Virus record (IMG/VR): IMGVR_UViG_3300044701_003393
Strand: one strand, 5' to 3'
DNA from: an uncultured virus (IMG/VR IMGVR_UViG_3300044701_003393)
Lineage: Duplodnaviria > Heunggongvirae > Uroviricota > Caudoviricetes
Length of the DNA stretch: 64,000 bases
In this document: positions 9,877-17,755 of the stretch, in pieces
Numbering within the stretch: the first letter of the stretch is position 1
How the letters are laid out: each line of letters begins with the position of its first letter
Position numbers and translations under genes: made by a program
Notes under the pieces: model-generated
Seen by the model: only the letters and a program-made list of their open reading frames with translations
What the model was told of the DNA's origin: nothing
Database searches by the model: none

Positions 9877-12684
9877 TTAGTTTGCGTTTGAGACTGCTGC
9901 TAAAGATTGTTTTTCTTGTGTGAGTTTTTGTAATGGTACTGATACTGTTTCTGTAGAGAAATCTAAACGATCTATGGTGGAATAACGAGTAGCAGGAGGA
10001 GTAAGACCACCACCAAAGTAACCATAAGAACTACTTGATGTTGCTGTTAGTCTCTCCTTTGCTAGAGATAACTTAGGTGTTGGTGTTGATACTGTTTCTG
10101 TAGAGAAATCTAAACGATCTATGGTGGAAACGACAGTAGGATTAGGAATAGTACTACCACCACCAAAGTATCCATAAGAACTACTTGAGGTTGCTGTTAA
10201 CCCTCTTCTTACTGAAGATAACTTAGATGTTGGAACTGTTATGGTTTCTGTAGTGAAATCTAACCGGTCTATAGTGGAATAACGAGTAGAGGGAGTAGGA
10301 ATGTAACCACCACCAAAATAACCATAAGAATTACTTGAGACTGCTTCTAATTGATTTTTTGCTGTCGATAACTGATAGATTCCTGGTGCTGAAACCGTTT
10401 CTGTAGAAAAATCTAAACGATCTATAGTACAAACACTAATAGTAGTAAACCCACCACCAAAATATCCATAAGAACTACTTGAGGTTGCTGTTAAACTAGT
10501 TCTTGCTTGAGATAATTTAGGTGTTGGTGTTGTTACTGTTTCTGTAGAGAAATCTAAACGATCTATGGCACATAAATTAACAGAAGCAGAAGTACCACCA
10601 CCAAAGTAACCATAAGAACTGCTTGAGGTTGCTGCTAAACCATCTCTTGCTTGAGATAACTTAGGTGTTGGTACTGATACGGTTTCTGTGGAGAAATCTA
10701 AACGATCTATTGTGGATACTGTTGTGGGACCTCCTCCACCCCAATAACCATAAGTCGCAGTACCAACTCTTTGAGTTCCGGTTCCTCCGGATACTGCTGC
10801 TAAACCTTGATTTGCTTGAGATAATTGAGGTGTTGGTGTTGATACGGTTTCTGTAGAGAAATCTAGACGGTCTATGGTAGAAAGAATACTAGGACCAGTA
10901 ATAGCACCACCACCAAAGTAACCATAAGAACTACTTGAGACTGCTGCTAAATTAGTTTTTGCTTGAGATAACTTAGGTGTTGGTACTGATACTGTTTCTG
11001 TAGAGAAATCTAAACGATCTATGATAGATGTAGTATTGGGATTATTTCCACTAGCAAAATAACCATAAGAACTATTAGAAATTGCACCAATATATCTTCT
11101 TGCTTGAGATAAATTAGGTGTTGGTACTGATACTGTTTCTGTGGAGAAATCTAGACGATCTATAGTACAAACCAAAGTAGCAGGAGGTAAATATCCACCA
11201 CCAAAGTAACCATAAGAACTGCTTGATACTGCTGCTAAACCAAATCTTGCTTGAGATAACTTAGGTGTTGGTGTTGATACTGTTTCTGTAGAGAAATCTA
11301 AACGGTTTATGGTAGAAATAGTAGACGGAGTTCCACCAGCAAAGTAACCATAAGAACTGCTTGATGCTGCTGCTAAGAAATATCTTGCTGAAGATAACTT
11401 TGGTGTTGGTACTGATACGGTTTCTGTGGAGAAATCTAAACGATCAATAGTTGTAACTTGAGTTGGAGCTGAAATATAACCACCACCAAAATAACCATAA
11501 GAACTGCTAGAAGTTGCAGATAAAGTTGTTTTTGCTTGAGATAACTTAGGTGTTGGTGTTGATACTGTTTCTGTGGAGAAATCTAAACGATTAAAAGTAG
11601 AAATAACAGAGGGAGCAGAACCACCACCAAAGTAACCAGTATTAGCACTTTCAGGCCAGTTGGTGTATATTGGAGAATTTTTTATTTTTCTTTGTCGGTT
11701 GATTTGAACTGCTGATGAAGCAGTTCTTACCGTAGATAACTTAGGTGTTGGAGTTGTTACTGTTTCTGTATAAAAATCCAAACGATCAATGGTTGAAATA
11801 AAAGTAGTAGGGGAAGTAAGACCACCACCAAAGTAACCATAAGAACTACTTGAGGTTGCTGCTAAGGCATTTCTTGCTCCAGATAACTTAGGTGTTGGTA
11901 CTGATATTGTTTCTGTAGAGAACTCTAAACGATCAATGGTAGAAACACGAGTAGTGGGGGCAGTAAGACCTCCTGCAATATAACCATAAGACCTACTTGA
12001 AGTTCCATCTATACTATTTCTTCCTGTAGATAATTTAGATGATGGTACTGATCTTGTTTCCGTGTAAAAATCCAAACGATCTATAGTAGAAAAATTATTA
12101 GTTCCATCCCAACCACCAATAAAGTATGAATAAGAATTATCTGAAACTGATGCTAAACGACTTCTTGCTTGAGATAACTTAGGTGTTGGTGTTGTTACTG
12201 TTTCCGTAGAGAAATCTAAACGGTCTATAGTGGAAAGATAAGTGCTATTAAAACCACCACCAAAGTAACCATAAGAACTATTCGAAGATGCTATCAAAGC
12301 AATTTTTTCTGCAGATAATTTGGCAGATATAACTGGTATTTGTACGGTCTCTGTAGAGAAATCTAAACGATCAATAGTAGAAAATAAAGTTAATGGAGGA
12401 ACATCATCAAGTCCACCACCCCCAAAATAACCATAAGAACTATTTGAAACTGTTCCAAAACTATTTCTTGCCCGGGATAACTTAGGTGTTGGGGTTGTTA
12501 CGGTTTCTGTAGAGAAATCTAAACGATCTATGGTACATACATTAATATTCGGAGTACCAGGAATAGCACCCCCACCAAAGTAACCATAAAGAGAAGCATA
12601 AACAGAAGTAACTTCTATTCCTGATGCTATGTTTTCAACTTGTTTGTCGTAAACACGATCTAGACCGAATATGTCTCCAGGCAT
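9877..12684 (-). CDS. Kelch-like beta-propeller repeat protein B (18 blades)
   Basis: Same architecture, linkers (TNWPESAN; GTQRVG) and AVSNAN end as protein A. Confidence 0.8.
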   Translation of the reverse strand: MPGDIFGLDRVYDKQVENIASGIEVTSVYASLYGYFGGGAIPGTPNINVCTIDRLDFSTETVTTPTPKLSRARNSFGTVSNSSYGYFGGGGLDDVPPLTLFSTIDRLDFSTETVQIPVISAKLSAEKIALIASSNSSYGYFGGGFNSTYLSTIDRLDFSTETVTTPTPKLSQARSRLASVSDNSYSYFIGGWDGTNNFSTIDRLDFYTETRSVPSSKLSTGRNSIDGTSSRSYGYIAGGLTAPTTRVSTIDRLEFSTETISVPTPKLSGARNALAATSSSSYGYFGGGLTSPTTFISTIDRLDFYTETVTTPTPKLSTVRTASSAVQINRQRKIKNSPIYTNWPESANTGYFGGGSAPSVISTFNRLDFSTETVSTPTPKLSQAKTTLSATSSSSYGYFGGGYISAPTQVTTIDRLDFSTETVSVPTPKLSSARYFLAAASSSSYGYFAGGTPSTISTINRLDFSTETVSTPTPKLSQARFGLAAVSSSSYGYFGGGYLPPATLVCTIDRLDFSTETVSVPTPNLSQARRYIGAISNSSYGYFASGNNPNTTSIIDRLDFSTETVSVPTPKLSQAKTNLAAVSSSSYGYFGGGAITGPSILSTIDRLDFSTETVSTPTPQLSQANQGLAAVSGGTGTQRVGTATYGYWGGGGPTTVSTIDRLDFSTETVSVPTPKLSQARDGLAATSSSSYGYFGGGTSASVNLCAIDRLDFSTETVTTPTPKLSQARTSLTATSSSSYGYFGGGFTTISVCTIDRLDFSTETVSAPGIYQLSTAKNQLEAVSSNSYGYFGGGYIPTPSTRYSTIDRLDFTTETITVPTSKLSSVRRGLTATSSSSYGYFGGGSTIPNPTVVSTIDRLDFSTETVSTPTPKLSLAKERLTATSSSSYGYFGGGLTPPATRYSTIDRLDFSTETVSVPLQKLTQEKQSLAAVSNAN

Positions 12685-12690
12685 TTGTTT

Positions 12691-13551
12691 TTATGCTTCC
12701 TGTTTGAGTTGTTCGTTGAATAATGAAACTCCCTCAGTTCCTGTTGCTGGATCTAAAATCTTCTGTTCTTCTTGCTGTTTTCCTTCAAGAACATTATACA
12801 TTCCACTAATTTCTTCAATACCTTTTGCAACATGATCTTGAAGTGCATTCAGGAATGACATAGGATTCGTAGGATCCCCAAATGTTCCCTTCGTTCTATT
12901 GACATCATCAGGAAGAACGGTAGGAGCACTTGCTCTTCTCATAGAACGAATATTACCAGCATTTACACCAGTCTTTGCAGCAAGTAAATCATCCAGAGAC
13001 TGATTCGCAAGTCTTCTTTCCCAATAGTTTGGTTGATCTTCATCATATTGTTCTTTACTTACTAGTTTTCCACCATTTAATTCAATTAGTCTTGAAATCA
13101 ACTTATCAAAGAACTCAAGTTCATCAACTGCTGCTTGGAAACCTTGATTAAGTCCGTGAATGAGACGATGGAAATTGAACTCATCAATATCATACCAACA
13201 AAGGTCTTCTCCACCTCTACCATTCTTCCACCAAATTGGTTGAGATTTATCTTTTCCATCCCACTTAAAATGAAATTCTCTAGCAATTCTTTTTGCTTCT
13301 TGAATGCCTTGAAGAAGTCCTTCTGCAACACTCTTACGGTTGATAATTGCTGCTTTAAATGCCGAAGGAAGAGTAAAGTTGTCGTGAATAATGAATTTTT
13401 CAATCTGAAAATTGGAACGACTACCAGCAAGTTCTTTCTCACTCTCCTCCCACTTCATGCATTCATTATAAACCTTAAACATAAATTCATTGCTATCATC
13501 TAAAACATCATCTGCTTTAGCAAGTGCAATATCCTTATAAGCTTCAGACAT
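12691..13551 (-). CDS. Hypothetical alpha-helical/coiled-coil protein
   Basis: Likely start MSEAYK at 13551 with GAGGA upstream; no catalytic motif recognised. Confidence 0.7.
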   Translation of the reverse strand: MSEAYKDIALAKADDVLDDSNEFMFKVYNECMKWEESEKELAGSRSNFQIEKFIIHDNFTLPSAFKAAIINRKSVAEGLLQGIQEAKRIAREFHFKWDGKDKSQPIWWKNGRGGEDLCWYDIDEFNFHRLIHGLNQGFQAAVDELEFFDKLISRLIELNGGKLVSKEQYDEDQPNYWERRLANQSLDDLLAAKTGVNAGNIRSMRRASAPTVLPDDVNRTKGTFGDPTNPMSFLNALQDHVAKGIEEISGMYNVLEGKQQEEQKILDPATGTEGVSLFNEQLKQEA

Positions 13552-13585
13552 AGAATCCTCTTTAAACAATTCAGTTCATTTCTTT

Positions 13586-16048
13586 TTATTTAGGTAATAT
13601 ATTTTGACGAACGAAGTGATAATCACCATCACAGTTGTGTCCGCCATTATATCCAATATGATGGAAGAGTGCAAATCCAATTGAATTCATAAATTGTTTT
13701 ACATCTTCCAACATTGGTGCTCCAGTGCTAAACTCTTTATTTTGAACCTCAAGAATCAAGTGATTACAATTCTCAAGAACTGAAGAAGAACCTTTGAGAA
13801 TATTCACTTCTGCACCTTGAACGTCAATCTTAATCAGATCTGGTTTCATCCATCCTTTCTCATTTACAAGTTCATCAAGAGTTTTTGTTTGACGAATTGT
13901 TTTTCTTAGATGTTCGTTATGAAAAACTCTTGCATCATCATAATTTTCATTCACAGGATACATCGTACAAAGTCCAGGGCACATTGGATTTTCCCAAAAT
14001 TCAATCTGTTCTTTTCTATCACTTAGAAGTTCAATCGCATAGTCAACATTATATCTTGGATAAGTATTTGCAAACTCAGAGCAAGCATCGACACAATAAA
14101 TCTTTGCATCTCTCCAAACATTTGATGCTAACTTATACCAAGAAAGATAGTTGGAACCAATATCATAAATGACCTTTGGATGAAAGTTATTCCAATACTT
14201 CAATCTAAAAAGATAATCAACATGATCATCATACATCTTATCATATTTAATTTGCCAGTCATAAAACTCTTGCAAGTCACTGGTCTTCTTATCTAATAGA
14301 GTATTCATAGGTTTCTTTGAATTAATTTCAATTGCAATCTTAAAAGGTCCATATTGCTTATTAATATCTATAATGCGACTGTGATAGTCATTTACATCCA
14401 ACTCCCCCTTTACCAAATATTCTCCGATCTTTTCTCCATTTACTTTAGTAAAAATGCATTGAATAATTGGATATGAGTTTTCATAGTTATGATAAATTTT
14501 TTGAATGAGTTGAATTTCATCAGAGTGACATTTAATAGATTCGTGGATTTGATTCTCTCCTCCTATTCCATCATAAACAGGATCTCTCAAGTAGAAAAAC
14601 TTGACGGGAACTTGAAGTTCATAAAGTAGAATAGAAATAAAATAATCATCATGTAAGAATACATCATCTAAAGATTTAATATTAGTATTCTTAGAAAGAA
14701 AGTTAATATAATGTTCTTCAAAATTAGATGAATTTAATTTTTCTAATATCTTACGATTAAAGAAGAAAGAACCAACACCTTGAAGTTTGGGAACAGAATT
14801 ACTCAGAAAGTGAAGATAATTTCCTTTTAAAGTTTCAGTTCCAGTAGACCATGCACACTCACCATCAACTTCAAAAGATTTCAGATAACATTCGATTAAT
14901 CTTTCATCATAGACAACATCATCATCACATACAATCACATTTGAGTTTGGATACATCTCTAGTGATTTCAATGCTCCATAAATTTTAGTTGCTGGCCCAT
15001 AATCCATATCAACATAAAGTAAATCAACTAGTCCTGAATATTTTTTGCAGATATTTTCTATCTCTTCTGGTTGATATGAAAACTTATGATATTGCTTTGG
15101 GATAGTAACAATAATTTTATTTGGTCTTAGTGTTTGAGATAAGAATGATCGGATAATCATTTCAAGATTATTAAACCTTGAGGGAATGATTGAAAATGAA
15201 ACATTGATAGGATGGTCGGTATAAGTTTCTTGAGGAAAAATGTTGATAATTAATTTACGAAGATCTTCTGGATACTTAGTAAATGAATAATCAATAAAGT
15301 CATCACCAAACTCTTCACCTCTTCTTAAAAAATGTTTCTTACTTTTGATAAGATCTTCGATATTCTGTTCGTTCTTATATTCATCGCGGTTGTATTCCTG
15401 ATGTGCGTAACACTCTAACTTATGTTTAATTCTTTCAACTCCACCAAAGTATGTAAAATGCCATCCTGCATTTGGAATAGGAGTTAGTGAGAACCGATTG
15501 CTTCTAAAATAATCACAACCTTTTTTGATTGCATTTGAAACGGTAGAAAATACTGTACCAGGCCAGTAATTCGGACAATAAGACTTAAAGTTATAGTAGA
15601 ACATCTCACAAGATGCTACATTTTCAACAAAGTTATTATTAAGTAATGATGTAATGATTTCCTTTCTTGGAATTTCATCAACATCACTCACCATAAAAAA
15701 GTCATCTAAAGAAAAATGAGAAAGATGTTGAGTAATCAAATCTCTTTGTTCTCTTTCTAACTTCCAATAGTCATTATCATAGTTCTTAACCTCTCCTTCA
15801 ATCACAACTTCAGGAAGTTTAAATTTTGAGATATCAGGTTCATACTTTAATCTAATGATTTTCCTTTGAATTTCTTTCGGAATTTCATTCCAAATTTCAT
15901 CTAGGTAATAAGGTTTTGGTTTTCCCGAATGTGTGTAATTACTTTCTACAATGATAAAGTGATCTACAATATCATTCAAATAAGACAAACGAAGTTTGAG
16001 AACATCAAACTCGTTGAAGAACATAAAACTATCAATGACTTTTTTCAT
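13586..16048 (-). CDS. Fusion: GT17-like glycosyltransferase + GT-A domain + FkbM methyltransferase
   Basis: FFNEFDVLKLRL, SDVDEIP and GWHFTY (GT17-like); DYGPATK and CDDD (GT-A); YDIGS and IKIDVQGAE (FkbM). Confidence 0.8.
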   Translation of the reverse strand: MKKVIDSFMFFNEFDVLKLRLSYLNDIVDHFIIVESNYTHSGKPKPYYLDEIWNEIPKEIQRKIIRLKYEPDISKFKLPEVVIEGEVKNYDNDYWKLEREQRDLITQHLSHFSLDDFFMVSDVDEIPRKEIITSLLNNNFVENVASCEMFYYNFKSYCPNYWPGTVFSTVSNAIKKGCDYFRSNRFSLTPIPNAGWHFTYFGGVERIKHKLECYAHQEYNRDEYKNEQNIEDLIKSKKHFLRRGEEFGDDFIDYSFTKYPEDLRKLIINIFPQETYTDHPINVSFSIIPSRFNNLEMIIRSFLSQTLRPNKIIVTIPKQYHKFSYQPEEIENICKKYSGLVDLLYVDMDYGPATKIYGALKSLEMYPNSNVIVCDDDVVYDERLIECYLKSFEVDGECAWSTGTETLKGNYLHFLSNSVPKLQGVGSFFFNRKILEKLNSSNFEEHYINFLSKNTNIKSLDDVFLHDDYFISILLYELQVPVKFFYLRDPVYDGIGGENQIHESIKCHSDEIQLIQKIYHNYENSYPIIQCIFTKVNGEKIGEYLVKGELDVNDYHSRIIDINKQYGPFKIAIEINSKKPMNTLLDKKTSDLQEFYDWQIKYDKMYDDHVDYLFRLKYWNNFHPKVIYDIGSNYLSWYKLASNVWRDAKIYCVDACSEFANTYPRYNVDYAIELLSDRKEQIEFWENPMCPGLCTMYPVNENYDDARVFHNEHLRKTIRQTKTLDELVNEKGWMKPDLIKIDVQGAEVNILKGSSSVLENCNHLILEVQNKEFSTGAPMLEDVKQFMNSIGFALFHHIGYNGGHNCDGDYHFVRQNILPK

Positions 16049-16053
16049 AAAAA

Positions 16054-17730
16054 TTATTTCGATCTAAAGAAGTGGTAATCTCCGTCAGCACAACTTGGAT
16101 TTTGTACGAAGTGTGAAATAAGAATATATCCTTTATTCTCTAAGTATTGAATAACCTCTTGATTAAGAGGGGCATCTTTCATATACTGCTTATTTTGCAA
16201 TTCTAATATCAGATGATTACAATATTCAAGAGTTCTTTCTGCTCCTTTGAGAACATCCAATTCGCATCCTTGAATATCCATTTTAATTAAATCCGGAAGT
16301 TTCCAATTTCTTTCTGCAACTACTGCATCTAAAGTTTTTGTTCTAACTGTTCTTTCTCTGTAAAAAGGACTGGTCTTAAATGCTAGATTGTGTGGAAACT
16401 CTTGGAAATTCATTTCATAATATGAGGAACTTCCACTATCCTTAACATTCTCATAGAAAGTAACTTCTTTTTCCCTATCACTTAGAACTTCAATTGCATA
16501 GTTTATTCTATTCTTTTGGTATAACGAATGATATCCATCAAATCCATCAATATGATAGAACTCTGCTTCATTCCACACACAAGAAGCAAACTTAGACCAA
16601 TGAAGAACTGCCGAACCAATGTCATAAACCACTTTTGGTTCAAAATTATGATGATACTTTAGTCTGTAAAGATAGTCAATGTGTTGTGCTGGAACCATAT
16701 TGATACTTGAAGACCACTCATAATATTCCTCTAAGGTCTTCATTCTTCCTTCAAAGAGGTCTATCTTTTGAGTCAGACTATTGATTTCATTTTCCCATAA
16801 CTTTGCAACTCTTCTCCAATTATAAGTTTCTATTGCAAACTTTGAGATTGCTGAGGATGCTTGTTCGTATTCATCTCTAGCAACATCAAAGAAATGAAGT
16901 GCTCTTATGATTTCTTCTGCAAAGTTCTGGTGGAATGTGTCATCAGTAATCCAACCTCTGGGAGTATTTTGCCCTGACATTGGAATATACTTACCCATTC
17001 CGTTTGATGTTTCTGGAAGTGCTCCCATATCTGTAGTGATAGGAAAGCATCCGCAACTCATTGCTTCTGCAAGAGAAACACAGAAGGTTTCTTCCCACAC
17101 ATTTGAATGAATATAAAAAGCAGCATCTTGAATATGAAGTAGTAGTTCTTCACGGTCAATACAAGGTGAATACTCCACACCTGGAAGTGCTTGAAGTTCC
17201 TTGTAGATAGGAATGAATGGTGAAGGTTCTAGTCCCTTATCAGTTGTGATAGTCTCATTTTCTCCTTCTCCTGGTTGAATTGCACCATACAGAGACATTG
17301 AAGAAAACACTTTGAGTTTTGCATCTGGATGATGTTTGATGACTTCTTTCCAGATGGGTACTAATGGTGTGATACCCTTATGTGGTGCGGAGAAAAAGAT
17401 ACAGGTTTTTGATTTTGGTTTTCCTGATGGTCGGAACATATCATCCACACCATTTGGAATGACCGTCAGTTTCTCTGCGGGTGCTCGGTTATACTTGATG
17501 TATTGCTCTCGTTCCCAGTTTGATACACAGACAATTTTATCAATCTTGTCTATGTGCTGTGGAAGGTCTCGGTGTCCTGCTTGGTCGCAATTATCGTGTG
17601 CCCAGATGACCTTATATTGCTTATCTGATTGTATGATTTCGTGTGTGGTTCTTCTTACATCTACATTTTCAGGAAATGTATAATATTGCGAAAGATAATA
17701 AAAAGAACTTTCAGTTGCTCCAGACTTCAT
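16054..17730 (-). CDS. GT-B (GT4-like) glycosyltransferase + FkbM methyltransferase fusion
   Basis: VIPNGVD, ETFCVSLAEAMSCG, GALPE; C-terminal YDIGS and IKMDIQGCE. Confidence 0.85.
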   Translation of the reverse strand: MKSGATESSFYYLSQYYTFPENVDVRRTTHEIIQSDKQYKVIWAHDNCDQAGHRDLPQHIDKIDKIVCVSNWEREQYIKYNRAPAEKLTVIPNGVDDMFRPSGKPKSKTCIFFSAPHKGITPLVPIWKEVIKHHPDAKLKVFSSMSLYGAIQPGEGENETITTDKGLEPSPFIPIYKELQALPGVEYSPCIDREELLLHIQDAAFYIHSNVWEETFCVSLAEAMSCGCFPITTDMGALPETSNGMGKYIPMSGQNTPRGWITDDTFHQNFAEEIIRALHFFDVARDEYEQASSAISKFAIETYNWRRVAKLWENEINSLTQKIDLFEGRMKTLEEYYEWSSSINMVPAQHIDYLYRLKYHHNFEPKVVYDIGSAVLHWSKFASCVWNEAEFYHIDGFDGYHSLYQKNRINYAIEVLSDREKEVTFYENVKDSGSSSYYEMNFQEFPHNLAFKTSPFYRERTVRTKTLDAVVAERNWKLPDLIKMDIQGCELDVLKGAERTLEYCNHLILELQNKQYMKDAPLNQEVIQYLENKGYILISHFVQNPSCADGDYHFFRSK

Positions 17731-17755
17731 ATCAAAATGATGTAGTTAAAGTTAT

